A DNA stretch of 64,000 nt from Microscillaceae bacterium (lineage in GTDB: Bacteria; Bacteroidota; Bacteroidia; Cytophagales; Microscillaceae): the NCBI GenBank assembly GCA_025054775.1, contig JANWZA010000030.1, positions 25,623 to 89,622 on the forward strand, in the 5' to 3' direction. A model generated the notes under the pieces. It was given only the letters and a program-made list of their open reading frames with translations, was not told the DNA's origin and made no database searches. Below, piece by piece: positions 17,427 through 28,063 of this stretch (position 1 is the stretch's first letter; every line of letters starts with the position of its first letter). The translations under genes were made by a program, and so were the position numbers.

Positions 17427-18520
17427 TTTTTTGCTTTTTCTCTCAACTATTTTTGCCCAAGCTATTTACTACCGTTCGCAACAATACGGAGCAGTCTCTG
17501 CATCAGGTTTTCGTAATAATTACAATTACTAAATCTACTAAATCTAAGGAAGCAACCTTGAACTACTTAACCTGAATACCGCAGTAAGAAAATGGAACTT
17601 ATACCAACTGAGTTTGGATGTAATTCTCGTAGAAAACAATATATTACTACGTTAGGAATATTACACTAATCCACTAAGAGCAAAGCTTTTAGTAGGTAAT
17701 TTGCAAAAAAATACTCGTAGTATAGTCAATTTTACTAATTATTGGATTTTCACAATCGCTCTAAAAACTATAGTCTCAAAAAGTAGGAACGGTAACATTA
17801 TCTTACAGAAATTATACTTGAAAGTCAATGAGTTATACATTCAATATCAGTACGTATGTAAACACTGATTAAAAAATAAAAAATAACAAGCAAATATTTT
17901 AGTGAAAAATTTGCTGAATTGCAAGAAAATGCTTTTATTTGCAGTCAAATTATCTTACTTTTGCTAAAGCAAAGTTATCAAGTTCTGCTGATTACCTAAA
18001 TTCGAACATAGTATTCAACTAAACAAAGTTTTAGCTTTTCATGAAATGTAGAACTTTTATGAATTAGTTTATCAGGATTTGAAAAAGTTATAAAACCATT
18101 TTTGTCTTAGTGTAAAATAAATTAACTTTGGATTGTTTTGGGCATATTCTTTGCTAACCATAAACTAATTGTAAGGCTAAAACAATATAGTCGCCTCACT
18201 CTTTTAGAGAGACACTGCGTAAATAAAAACAAGCAAGAAACATAAAATATAAATCCAAATTTTTCCAACCAAAAGATAGTGGTTATGTGATATACAAGAA
18301 ATCCATAACTCAGCATTGCTTAACCAGAACAGCACTATTTAGTAACAATCAAGGTCACAACTTTCGTTGTTGTACATTGTAACAGTACATTCAATTGCAC
18401 TAAAGGCGCAATTCAGTTTGTAATTATATCATATTATTCCTAATTCATACCTTCAAAATATACAAAATACACTTGTTCTAATTCTAAATAATCACTTTCA
18501 TTTTTTATTAGCTTTTTTGT

Positions 18521-20185
18521 ATGTATAACATTGAAGAACTAAACCTAAAATTACTCTCCGAATTAAAAGAAATTGCTGAGGAATTGCAAATCAAAGATTA
18601 CAAAAAACTCTCTAAACAAGAGCTTGTATATGCTATTTTAGACGAGCAAGCTAAACTCCCCGACGCCCCCTTCTCTAATTTTGAGCATACTCACGAAAGC
18701 AGCATTGAGGAGAAAAGTAAGCAAAAACGACAGGGGCAGAGAGCGCGTCGGCAAAACGTGCAAAACAATGAAACACAAGATACCTTCTCTTTCAACGGTA
18801 ACACTAATAAGGAAAATTTAGAATTAGAGAATGATTTTTCCTTAGAGTTAGGAGAAAACGAACTCAACCTCAACATTTTTGAAAGCAATGCAGAGGATGT
18901 AGACTCACTGCCTACAACCACGGACATCTCTTCAGATGTGGAAAATACAAGCCTCCAAAAACAAGAAGAGGCAGAAGCACAAAAAAATACTCATAAAAAG
19001 AAACGAGAGAGTAGTACCCAATCGCAACAAAGAGAAAAAAATAAGTCTAATACTATTAGTATTCGCAGCTTTGACGGAATTATTACTAGCGAGGGAGTGC
19101 TGGAAATTATACAAGACGGATATGGCTTTTTGCGTTCTCCTGATTATCACTACTTGGCAAGCCCTGATGATATTTATGTTTCACCTTCACAAATTAAGTT
19201 GTTTGGGCTACGTACAGGAGACACAGTACGTGGGCAAATCCGTCCTCCCAAAGAAGGAGAGAAATACTTTGCTCTTTTGCGTGTAGAGAGCGTTAATGGC
19301 AAAACCACCGAAGAAATTAGAGATAGGATACCTTTTGAATACCTGACACCTATCTTCCCACAAGAGAGGCTAAAACTAAGTACACGCCCTACCGAGTATG
19401 CTATGCGTATCATGGATTTGTTCGCACCTATCGGCAAAGGGCAACGAGGTATGATTGTAGCTCAACCTAAAACAGGCAAAACTACATTACTCAAACAAAT
19501 CGCTAATGCAATTGCCGAAAACCACCCTGAAGTTTACCTAATTGTACTACTAATTGACGAGCGACCCGAAGAGGTTACGGATATGGCTCGCAGCGTAAAA
19601 GCCGAAGTAATTGCCTCTACCTTTGACGAGCAGGCTGAAAGGCACGTAAAAGTATCCAGTATTGTGCTAGAAAAAGCAAAACGTTTAGTAGAGTGTGGAC
19701 ACGATGTGGTAATCTTGTTAGACTCTATTACCCGCTTGGCACGTGCCTATAACACAGTAGTACCCTCTTCAGGGAAAATCCTTTCAGGAGGCGTAGATGC
19801 TAACGCCCTACATAAGCCTAAACGCTTCTTCGGGGCAGCACGCAATGTAGAGAATGGTGGCTCACTTACTATTATTGCCACAGCCCTTATTGATACAGGT
19901 TCTAAAATGGACGATGTAATTTTTGAGGAATTTAAGGGAACAGGTAACCTAGAACTACAACTTGACCGCAAATTAGCTAACAAGCGTATCTATCCTGCTA
20001 TTGACGTTCCTGCCTCAGGTACACGACGAGAGGACCTGTTACTAGATCGTGATGAAATGAACCGCATTTGGATTTTACGCAAGCTAATGAGTGATATGAC
20101 TCCCAACGAAGCCATAGAATTCCTGCTTGAGCGTATGAAAGGTACACAGGATAATATGGAGTTCTTGATGTCAATGAATAGCTAA
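18521..20185 (+). CDS. rho: transcription termination factor Rho with N-terminal insertion domain
   Basis: Rho_N helix bundle ([29 protein letters not shown]), CSD-like RNA-binding domain ([15 protein letters not shown]), Walker [10 protein letters not shown], and the Q/R-loop region. About 135 aa of polar, acidic low-complexity sequence is inserted between residues about 46 and 182. Confidence 0.95.
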   Translation: MYNIEELNLKLLSELKEIAEELQIKDYKKLSKQELVYAILDEQAKLPDAPFSNFEHTHESSIEEKSKQKRQGQRARRQNVQNNETQDTFSFNGNTNKENLELENDFSLELGENELNLNIFESNAEDVDSLPTTTDISSDVENTSLQKQEEAEAQKNTHKKKRESSTQSQQREKNKSNTISIRSFDGIITSEGVLEIIQDGYGFLRSPDYHYLASPDDIYVSPSQIKLFGLRTGDTVRGQIRPPKEGEKYFALLRVESVNGKTTEEIRDRIPFEYLTPIFPQERLKLSTRPTEYAMRIMDLFAPIGKGQRGMIVAQPKTGKTTLLKQIANAIAENHPEVYLIVLLIDERPEEVTDMARSVKAEVIASTFDEQAERHVKVSSIVLEKAKRLVECGHDVVILLDSITRLARAYNTVVPSSGKILSGGVDANALHKPKRFFGAARNVENGGSLTIIATALIDTGSKMDDVIFEEFKGTGNLELQLDRKLANKRIYPAIDVPASGTRREDLLLDRDEMNRIWILRKLMSDMTPNEAIEFLLERMKGTQDNMEFLMSMNS

Positions 20186-20458
20186 AAAAAGATATGGTAG
20201 ATAAAAGCTAAACGAACTACTGCAAGATTAGTCTAATTAGCTTGCAGGTAGTTTCAGCTATTCTACAGACGTAAGAGAGGCTTTTGCCTGTTATTCTCTT
20301 TATTATTACCTTGTCAAGCGAAGGAAGTTGCTTTTTTTTGGAGTATAGTAGCATTCTGCAAAATAATAGCATACATTTTGATAGTACTTTTTGCAAGCAG
20401 GTTTTCGTTAATCTCAACCCCTGCAAAATGTCCCTGAATTCCTAAATTTAACCAAAAT

Positions 20459-21622
20459 ATGAAACTACGACGTTATTACTATTTCTTGTTTTCTATTCTT
20501 ACGCTCTACCTAATAAGTTGCAACAAAACTAACCAAAATAATGATGCCCGAAAAAGTGTAGTGAAAATTCAAAAACCAACCTTCCAAAAAGCATTTATCG
20601 GATATGTAGATCATCCTGATACCCTCATTCACTTAAATTTAAGCCGTTACGATACATTACTTACAGGAAGTTATTGGTACAAAATCAAAGGAGATGACAA
20701 CAAAGTACAAGGTAAGATTGATAAAAAAGGTAATTTCTTACTTATTCAAAAAGACTCCACAGGAAAGCCTATCGTTGAAATTAAAGGTATTTTCCTTTCT
20801 AACATAAACGTGTTAAGAGGGGATTGGATAGATAAAAAAACTAACAAAATTATTCCTTTTGAATTCCAAGAACCCGCAGATACATCTTTTAGAATAAAAA
20901 ATACAATTAAGATTACACAAAAAGAAATTATCCGCAACAATGGTAACTGTTTGATAGACGTGGTTTATCCGCAAATATCAGGCTATACTGACGAAGTATT
21001 GCAAAATAAAGTGAATTATTACATTGAGAGCAATTTTTCGCTTAACCAAATTAGAGACTTAATGAACGATTTAGAAGCCTGTAAAAAAGGATTCAAAGGT
21101 GAAATTAAATATGAAATTCGTTGCTTTAAGGGCGATTTGCTAAGCATCTCCAAAATAAAACATATTGATAAAACGAATTTAAGCAATGAAATTATTGACG
21201 AAACTTTTGGAATTGCCATCAATTTCAAAAAAGGAAAGATTTATGAATTTCAAGACTTGTTTAATCTAGAAGATATACCACGTTTGAACCAAGTAATTCA
21301 AAACCGCATTAACAGCAACTGCAATAACGGCTTAACCTCTGCCGATCTACGTAAGTGCGAAATAAAACCCAATGATGTGAATTGTTTTTGCATAGGACGT
21401 GATAATATTACATTTCACCTTACTCAAAAGTTACCACGTGCTATGCGCGGATGTGGCTATGTACGTTTTAGATTTAATGATTTGAAGGAGTTTATCAATC
21501 CTAGCGGTCCTATAGCTAAATTGATAGAGTTAGAAAAAATAGAAAAAGAATTGATGAATAAGAAAAACAAAGATGATAAATACAAGGAAAAAGAGTTGAT
21601 TAGCAAAATAAGTGCAGGCTAA
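20459..21622 (+). CDS. lipoprotein with DUF4163/DUF3298-like (RsiV/PdaC N-terminal-like) region
   Basis: Lipobox LYLISC. The DVVYPQISGYTDEVLQNKVNYYIE and ...INFKKGKIYEFQDLFN patterns resemble DUF4163/DUF3298 as I remember them. Unverified. Confidence 0.45.
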   Translation: MKLRRYYYFLFSILTLYLISCNKTNQNNDARKSVVKIQKPTFQKAFIGYVDHPDTLIHLNLSRYDTLLTGSYWYKIKGDDNKVQGKIDKKGNFLLIQKDSTGKPIVEIKGIFLSNINVLRGDWIDKKTNKIIPFEFQEPADTSFRIKNTIKITQKEIIRNNGNCLIDVVYPQISGYTDEVLQNKVNYYIESNFSLNQIRDLMNDLEACKKGFKGEIKYEIRCFKGDLLSISKIKHIDKTNLSNEIIDETFGIAINFKKGKIYEFQDLFNLEDIPRLNQVIQNRINSNCNNGLTSADLRKCEIKPNDVNCFCIGRDNITFHLTQKLPRAMRGCGYVRFRFNDLKEFINPSGPIAKLIELEKIEKELMNKKNKDDKYKEKELISKISAG

Positions 21623-21635
21623 AAGTCCATTTTCT

Positions 21636-21679
21636 GGATTAAAGCCCAATCTATCTTACTTGTAGTTTGGCTTTAATCC
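21636..21679. terminator. hairpin between convergent genes (possible bidirectional terminator)
   Basis: Perfect 11-bp arms GGATTAAAGCC / GGCTTTAATCC (21636-21646 and 21669-21679) with a 22-nt loop. The large loop and weak T tract lower confidence. Confidence 0.35.
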
Positions 21680-21770
21680 TGCATGCCAGTACGTTTTGGT
21701 TGGTTATTATGTATTTTGATAAACCTATAATTCTCCTCAAAGCTTACTCTTTTAGAATTTTATACTTCCT

Positions 21771-23075
21771 TCAAATTCTTTTAATTTCAGCCCCCAAGGC
21801 GTTGAGGCGTTGGTCGATATATTGATAACCTCGGTCAATTTGTTCAGCATTATCAATGATACTTGTACCATTTGCCGAAAGCGCGGCAATAAGCAAAGCT
21901 ACTCCTGCTCTAATATCAGGTGAGGTCATACGGATACCACGCAAGGCGATTTGCTTGTCCAACCCGATTACTGTGGCTCTGTGAGGGTCGCAAAGAATAA
22001 TTTTAGCTCCCATGTCTATAAGTTTATCTACAAAAAATAGACGACTCTCAAACATTTTTTGATGAATAAGTACCGTACCTCTTGCCTGCGTAGCTACTAC
22101 TAATACAATACTCAACAAGTCAGGAGTGAACCCAGGCCAAGGTGCATCGGCTATGGTAAGGATTGAACCATCAATAAAAGTTTCTACCTCGTAATGAGCT
22201 TGCGAAGGAATGTAAATATCATCCCCTCTAAACTCCATCTGGATACCTAACCGTTGAAAGACAGTAGGAATAAGCCCTAATTGCGGTAAGCATACATTTT
22301 TAATCGTAATTTCAGACTCGGTCATAGCAGCTAAACCGATAAAACTCCCTACTTCAATCATATCAGGGAGTAAGGTATGTTCAGTACCATTCAAACTTTC
22401 TACGCCTTCGATAGTAAGCAAATTAGAGCCAATACCACTAATTTTAGCCCCCATTCTGTTAAGCATAGAGCAAAGTTGTTGCAAATATGGCTCACAGGCT
22501 GCATTGTAGATGGTAGTTTTACCTTTGGCAAGTACGGCTGCCATGACGATATTAGCCGTACCTGTTACAGAGGCTTCATCTAAAAGCATATAACAGCCTT
22601 GCAAATTAGAAGCATCTATCTGAAAAATCTCTTTTTGGCTATCATATTCAAACTTTGCCCCTAACTTTTGAAGGCCTAAAAAATGTGTATCCAACCTACG
22701 TCTACCAATTTTATCTCCTCCAGGACGCGAGATACGACTTTTGCCAAAACGGGCTAGGAGTGGTCCTAAAAGCATCACCGAGCCACGCAAATCTGAGGCT
22801 TTTCGTTGGTAGACTTCTGTTTCAAGGTATGCTAGGTTAATGTCTTTTGCTCTAAACTGGTAACTTCCTTCTTTTATTTTCTTTATGCTCACCCCTAAGT
22901 CTGCCAAAAGTTCTATAAGTTTGTTCACATCTCTAATATTGGGGAGGTTGTGAACTGTTACGGGCTGGTCAGTAAGCAGAGTAGCACACAGAACTTGTAG
23001 AGCTTCATTTTTTGCTCCTTGTGGCACAATTTCACCGCAAAGGCGTTTGCCTCCTTTAATTTCTAACGAAGTCAT
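21771..23075 (-). CDS. murA: UDP-N-acetylglucosamine 1-carboxyvinyltransferase
   Basis: 434 aa with full-length MurA-like motifs (GAKNEAL, RPGGDKIGRRRLDTH, and the C-terminal IDRGY...L..LGA). The active-site loop has Asp where E. coli has Cys115. Confidence 0.95.
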   Translation of the reverse strand: MTSLEIKGGKRLCGEIVPQGAKNEALQVLCATLLTDQPVTVHNLPNIRDVNKLIELLADLGVSIKKIKEGSYQFRAKDINLAYLETEVYQRKASDLRGSVMLLGPLLARFGKSRISRPGGDKIGRRRLDTHFLGLQKLGAKFEYDSQKEIFQIDASNLQGCYMLLDEASVTGTANIVMAAVLAKGKTTIYNAACEPYLQQLCSMLNRMGAKISGIGSNLLTIEGVESLNGTEHTLLPDMIEVGSFIGLAAMTESEITIKNVCLPQLGLIPTVFQRLGIQMEFRGDDIYIPSQAHYEVETFIDGSILTIADAPWPGFTPDLLSIVLVVATQARGTVLIHQKMFESRLFFVDKLIDMGAKIILCDPHRATVIGLDKQIALRGIRMTSPDIRAGVALLIAALSANGTSIIDNAEQIDRGYQYIDQRLNALGAEIKRI

Positions 23076-23200
23076 AAAGGTATAGAATGAAAGTAATTCT
23101 GTAAACCTTTCAAAATCAAGTAGCTGATTGATAGATTAAATAATAATAATAATAAGGAGTTGGAATTTTGTTTAATACTTTAAGTACTTATGCAAGATAC

Positions 23201-23229
23201 CAAAGTTAGGTCTTATTTGGGCTTGCAAG
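23201..23229 (-). promoter_or_regulatory. putative promoter of murA
   Basis: The minus strand has TAACTTTG (plus-strand CAAAGTTA at 23201-23208), with a TTG 17 nt upstream. The box lies 125 nt upstream of the murA ATG. Confidence 0.35.
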
Positions 23230-23377
23230 TTAGCTTTTTTGAAGCATATAATATGAAACAATAAATTGCTTAATTTCTATTTCTGCATTTGCAAGATAAT
23301 ACTTGGTAGTTAGTTGCAAAATTAGCTTTTTACAAAAAAATTTTGTTTGACTATATTGCCAAACGATTTGTACTACT

Positions 23378-25306
23378 ATGTTCATGAAATTGCTCAAATA
23401 TTTACCTCTTTTGCTTACGATTTTATTCAACTTTACAAAATTACATTCTGCTTTCTGCCAAATTATCAATGAAAGCGACAGCGTGAAGCAAATCTACGGG
23501 GCACACTCCACTCGCTTTTTTTATGAAAGCGATTTGCAAGATGATGCTCTAAAATTATACAAAATTGACACTTCTCTACAAGCCTTTCACCAATACAACT
23601 ATGTGAACAAAAATAAAAATATGTTTACCGATTTAGGGGTATTTGGCTCGCCCATGCGACCTATTTTTTATCAATTACCCAAACAAATTGGTACACAGTT
23701 CGGCTATGATGTTTTTAAGCCTTTTCATTTTACGCCTGAAAATTTTACCTACTATGATACCAAATCTCCTTTTACGAATACACATTTTACCCTAGGCGGT
23801 GGCGAGCAAATGATTATTTTCGCTTTTACACGCAATATTGACGAAAGGAATAATATTGGACTGACTTACAGACGTATCAATTCTGACAAACTTTTTGGAA
23901 GTAGCAATGCTCCTAACTTTTTGGGGCAGGGTGAGCTAGTTTTTGCTGATAGATTTGACGTAGTACTCCACGCTAATCACCGAAGCAAAAATGACAAGTA
24001 TCAAATGCTTACACACTACGCTTTCTCCAGCCATAACTTATTTGAGTTAGGAGGAATCAAAACCGACTCTACCACAGGACTTTTTGCTTACCAGCAAAGT
24101 GCTGCTAATTTAGGCAACTCTGCCCGCACATGGGAACTTCGCAATAGCTTGTATTATTACCACCATTATGAGCTAGATAAATTATTCAAAATTTTTCAGA
24201 ACTTACATTATCAGAACATTCGTTTGGATTATTCGGATAAAAATTTGCAAAAAAATAGCTTCTTTTATGCCTCTAATCCACTTGCTCCTGATTTGAGCCA
24301 AAAAGCAGTTTTCAATTTTGATAGCCTTACCACTGCCGAAGGGCTAAAATACGAAATGTTTGAGCAAAAAGCAGGCATACGTGGCAAAGTGAAAGGCTTT
24401 TATTATCAAGCATTTGTGCGTAATCGGTTTTTTCAAACACATAGCAACTATGAAAACTTACCTTTTTTAGACGGCTCGGGTGTAGCACGGAGCAACATAC
24501 GTAGGTTAGAAAATTTTATCGGCGGAAAACTTTTTTACCAAATTACCGATAGTACGCGTTTAAGCATAGAAGCAGAGCATTTCTTAGGCAAAGATTACAG
24601 GTTAGAAAGCACTCTAAACAATCCTTTTTTTCAGGCAGGCTTTCGAAGCGTGTTTTTTAGCCCTACAATTTTGCAACAAAGATTTGTTAGTAATCACCAT
24701 TTTTGGATAAATGACTTCAAAAATACCTTAGCAAACGAGGTATTTGGTAGCTTAAATATTCAAACTCTAAAAATACTTTTCAATCCGTTTTTTAGCTACA
24801 ATATCATTCAAAATTTTATCTACTTTGGTGAAGACCGCAACCCCGTGCAAAGCTCAGACTTGGTTTCGTTGGCTTCTTTAGGGCTAAACTTTAATTACCA
24901 ATTAGGGAAATTGCATACTATTAATAATTGGATTTATACCCAAAATTTAGGTGTAAATCTTTGGCGTGTGCCTGCGGTATTTATCAATTCAAGGCTGTAT
25001 TTAGAGGATTTGTTTTTCAAGGACTTGTTTCATTCACAAATTGGCGTAGAAATGCACTATAAATCAGCTTATTATGCTGATTCATATAATCCTGTTAATA
25101 AGCAATTTTATTTGCAAAATACTTTTTTGGTAAATGATTATTTGATTGCTGATTTGTTTTTTAATATTCGCTTGGGTAATGTGCGTGGTTTTATCAAGCT
25201 TACCCATGCTAATCAGGTAGCAGGGCATGGATATATTCCTACTCCTATTTATCCAGGGCAAAGACGTTTCATAGGTTTTGGGGTACAGTGGTTATTTTTT
25301 AATTAG
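23378..25306 (+). CDS. large outer-membrane beta-barrel, putative-porin-like
   Basis: 642 aa with a signal peptide (LLLTILFNFTKLHSAFCQ), alternating aromatic/hydrophobic beta-strand pattern throughout, and the C-terminal GFGVQWLFFN. The family call is tentative. Confidence 0.45.
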   Translation: MFMKLLKYLPLLLTILFNFTKLHSAFCQIINESDSVKQIYGAHSTRFFYESDLQDDALKLYKIDTSLQAFHQYNYVNKNKNMFTDLGVFGSPMRPIFYQLPKQIGTQFGYDVFKPFHFTPENFTYYDTKSPFTNTHFTLGGGEQMIIFAFTRNIDERNNIGLTYRRINSDKLFGSSNAPNFLGQGELVFADRFDVVLHANHRSKNDKYQMLTHYAFSSHNLFELGGIKTDSTTGLFAYQQSAANLGNSARTWELRNSLYYYHHYELDKLFKIFQNLHYQNIRLDYSDKNLQKNSFFYASNPLAPDLSQKAVFNFDSLTTAEGLKYEMFEQKAGIRGKVKGFYYQAFVRNRFFQTHSNYENLPFLDGSGVARSNIRRLENFIGGKLFYQITDSTRLSIEAEHFLGKDYRLESTLNNPFFQAGFRSVFFSPTILQQRFVSNHHFWINDFKNTLANEVFGSLNIQTLKILFNPFFSYNIIQNFIYFGEDRNPVQSSDLVSLASLGLNFNYQLGKLHTINNWIYTQNLGVNLWRVPAVFINSRLYLEDLFFKDLFHSQIGVEMHYKSAYYADSYNPVNKQFYLQNTFLVNDYLIADLFFNIRLGNVRGFIKLTHANQVAGHGYIPTPIYPGQRRFIGFGVQWLFFN

Positions 25307-25533
25307 CCTCTCCTTAGAGGGTACTAAAATTTACAAACCAATACCTTTTGTCAAAAAATTTACCTTAAAGGGCAGTTATACTCAACTAACAGAGGTTCTG
25401 ATTTTTTAGAAGTTGGAACTGACTGAAAATCAAAGTTTTATATTTGGAAAATTTACAAAATCACTTTTTGTTTAGTATAGTTGCAAATCCAAAACTTCTT
25501 GTATCCATAAATTCTATCATTTCCCAAATCTCC

Positions 25534-25773
25534 TTACCACTCCCAACTAAACGGATTACGGTGCATTCTGAAATGCTTACGCATGTTTATCCAAAAAGCT
25601 AAGATTAGATAAATAATAACAGGTGAGCCTGCAGTCATAAAAGAGGCATAGATAAAAAATAAGCGAATACTACTAATACTAATTCCCATACGCTCACCCA
25701 AGTAAGTACAAACTCCAAAAGCACGCTTCTCAAAAAATACCTTTACTTTTTCTATCACTCCCATCTTTAGCAA
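25534..25773 (-). CDS. PspC domain-containing membrane protein
   Basis: 79 aa. FGVCTYLGERMGISISSIRLFFIYASF followed by a TM helix is the typical PspC-domain pattern. Confidence 0.7.
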   Translation of the reverse strand: MLKMGVIEKVKVFFEKRAFGVCTYLGERMGISISSIRLFFIYASFMTAGSPVIIYLILAFWINMRKHFRMHRNPFSWEW

Positions 25774-25844
25774 GCCAAAAAATAAGTTTTCAGAAGTTTA
25801 AGGCAAAAATTTTAGCTTGTTTTTTTGCAAAATAACACCTTTTT

Positions 25845-25875
25845 TTTGATATACCAAAAATAAAATATAGCTTTG
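25845..25875 (+). promoter_or_regulatory. putative Bacteroidetes sigma-A promoter of the TPR lipoprotein gene
   Basis: TTTG (25845-25848) - N19 - TAGCTTTG (25868-25875), about 50 nt upstream of the ATG at 25925. Confidence 0.5.
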
Positions 25876-25924
25876 CACCCGAATTGTTGTAATAGTCTCA
25901 AAACTTAATTACTATCTTAACCTT

Positions 25925-27832
25925 ATGAACAAAATAAATAAAAAAGTAGTTATTGGTTCATTAGCTTTCTTGGGCTCTGTGGTAATGTTTACAGCTTGTA
26001 AAAACCCTCTAGCCCAAATGATAAAATTAGCAGATCAACAAAAGTTAACTGTTGAACCTTCGCCACTTGAATTACACGGAGATAAGGTAAACTTTACCGT
26101 GGGGGCTAATTTGCCCGTGGCAATGATGAAAAAAGGTTCTGTTTATGAACTAGAAGTTCATTATATTGCCAAAAATATTGAAACCGTAACGGATGATGGC
26201 AAAGCAACCCCTGACATTTCGGTAGGTAAGATTTCTTTTGATGGTGATAAGTATGCAGGTCAAAAGTCTGAACCTCGTGAAACTCGTCCCTTCGGCTTCG
26301 GCTACGAAGACCGCTTAAAAGAAGGTGGCTTAATGGTTAAAGGCAACGTATTCAAAAAAGGCAAAGAAAAAGATAAAAAATCGTTCGGTCCTGTACGCAT
26401 GCGTGCTAATGGCGGACAATTCGTAAAAGGAATTTCTACCACAGCTCTCTTGGTAAAAGCACCCGCCTCAGGGCTTACCTATAGCCCTACAGAATCACCT
26501 TTTGCCAGTGTTGATCACAATCTTGTAGCCCCCCAACCTACTGTAAAACCTGTTCGCCTAGATTTTGAGCGAGGAAGTGCTAACGTCAACCCAGCAGTAG
26601 GAGATAACAAAAATACTTTTGATATGGTAGATTTGTTCGTGAAAGAGCAAATTCCTCCTTTTGAAGCTACCGTAACAGGTACACACTCTCCCGAAGGAAG
26701 CGAAGCTGTAAATACAAACCTAGCCAATGCACGAGCCAAAGCAGTTGAAACGGCTTTCATGAAAACCATGCAAAAATACAATTACAAAAAAGAGGATCTA
26801 ACAAAATACCGTTTCAACTTAAACCCAGTTACCTTGAAAGCTACGCTACCTGAGTTTTATAGCTTATTAGACCAAAGTAGCTTACCAGCAGAGGCTAAAT
26901 CTGAAATTAAATCTATTTTGAATGAAAAAGGCGACTTTGTAGAAAACGAACGCAAACTAGCCGCAAAACCATATTACAATAACTTAATGAACGAAGTATA
27001 TCCTAAACTTCGTTACGCTAAAACTGAAGTAATGTTAAATGCTAACCAAAAAACCCCTGCTGAACTTTCTGCTTTGGCAAAAAGAATTACTGAAGGTAAA
27101 GAAGCAGCTGACAAGTTGAGCGAAGAAGAGTATCTTTTTGTTGCTCAAAACACACCCGATTTGAAAGAGCGCATAGCTATCTTAAAAGCCGCAGCCTCTA
27201 AATATGACACTTGGAAAATCCAAAACAATTTAGGTGCTGCATACCTTGACCAATCACTCCTAGAAAACGATAAATCTAAAATTGATATGGCTTTGAGTGC
27301 CTTAAATAACTCTATTAGCAAAAAAGAGACTGCAGAAGCCTACTACAATATTGCCATGGCTTATGCAATGCAAGGCAAAATGAAAGAATGCGAAGAGAAC
27401 TTGAAAAAAGCACTCAATGTTGGTTCTAGCAACCCCAAAGTCAATAAATTGTTAAAAGGGGCAAGTGGATACTTCGCTATTCGCGCTGCTGAAACCTTTG
27501 ACTCACCTAAATACAAAGAAGCCGTAGATTTATTAAACGACGCTCAAGCTAACAACCCTAATCTCTTTAATAAAGGATTAGCACAACTGCTTAGCCGCCG
27601 CTATGACGAAGCCATCGCCTCATTCAACGCAGCCTTACAAAAAAATAATAAAGACGCTATTACTTATTACGCTCTTGCCATTACAGCAGCAAGAAAAAAT
27701 GACGAGAATGCTATGGCTTCTAACTTGAAAAAAGCTTGCGAATTAAATAGTGATTTGAAAGCCAAAGCTATTAAAGACGTAGAGTTTGACAAATACAAAT
27801 CTTCAGGAGCATTCAAAGATGCTATTAAGTAA
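25925..27832 (+). CDS. lipoprotein with degenerate OmpA-like segment and C-terminal TPR repeats
   Basis: Lipobox MFTAC. The middle segment TGTHSPEGSEAVNTNLANARAKAV resembles the OmpA_C core. The C-terminal third has TPR-like A/Y/N periodicity (AEAYYNIAMAYAMQGK, ITYYALAITAARKND). Confidence 0.55.
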   Translation: MNKINKKVVIGSLAFLGSVVMFTACKNPLAQMIKLADQQKLTVEPSPLELHGDKVNFTVGANLPVAMMKKGSVYELEVHYIAKNIETVTDDGKATPDISVGKISFDGDKYAGQKSEPRETRPFGFGYEDRLKEGGLMVKGNVFKKGKEKDKKSFGPVRMRANGGQFVKGISTTALLVKAPASGLTYSPTESPFASVDHNLVAPQPTVKPVRLDFERGSANVNPAVGDNKNTFDMVDLFVKEQIPPFEATVTGTHSPEGSEAVNTNLANARAKAVETAFMKTMQKYNYKKEDLTKYRFNLNPVTLKATLPEFYSLLDQSSLPAEAKSEIKSILNEKGDFVENERKLAAKPYYNNLMNEVYPKLRYAKTEVMLNANQKTPAELSALAKRITEGKEAADKLSEEEYLFVAQNTPDLKERIAILKAAASKYDTWKIQNNLGAAYLDQSLLENDKSKIDMALSALNNSISKKETAEAYYNIAMAYAMQGKMKECEENLKKALNVGSSNPKVNKLLKGASGYFAIRAAETFDSPKYKEAVDLLNDAQANNPNLFNKGLAQLLSRRYDEAIASFNAALQKNNKDAITYYALAITAARKNDENAMASNLKKACELNSDLKAKAIKDVEFDKYKSSGAFKDAIK

Positions 27833-27867
27833 TTGTAGCTATCAAAAACTCTTATAGAGAAGAACAC

Positions 27868-27900
27868 AAAAGGTTGCCTTATAAGGTAGCCTTTTGCTTT
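27868..27900 (+). terminator. Rho-independent terminator after the TPR lipoprotein gene
   Basis: AAAAGGTTGCC-TTATAA-GGTAGCCTTTT gives an 11-bp stem including two G-U pairs, followed by GCTTT. Confidence 0.6.
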
Positions 27901-27979
27901 CCATTCAATAGCATAAATAAACGGCTAATACTTTAATTGTGGTACTCAAGTAAAGAAAAAACTTTTTTCACAGCCTAAA

Positions 27980-28010
27980 TTGCTTATTCGAAAAAAAAGT
28001 TCTAACTTTG
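27980..28010 (+). promoter_or_regulatory. putative promoter of the rplM-rpsI-rpsB cluster
   Basis: (A)TTG at 27980-27982 - N20 - TAACTTTG at 28003-28010, 53 nt upstream of the rplM start. Confidence 0.55.
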
Positions 28011-28063
28011 CAAGCCTTTTAGTTAGGTACAATAATCTATCAAGTGCATAAAAATATATTAAA

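Noticed and set aside
18122-18316. 64-aa minus-strand ORF inside the rho upstream tract
   Set aside because: The hydrophobic, low-complexity translation is typical of random AT-rich sequence, and there is no RBS or promoter context.
17427-18520. Possibility that the AT-rich ORF-free tract is oriC
   Set aside because: I found no cluster of DnaA boxes (TTATCCACA/TGTGGATAA). The best matches have at least 2 mismatches, and neither dnaA nor dnaN is adjacent.
23141-23155. (TAA)5 microsatellite in the murA leader
   Set aside because: It is short and expected in AT-rich intergenic DNA. There is no evidence of function, although tract length could be compared between strains.
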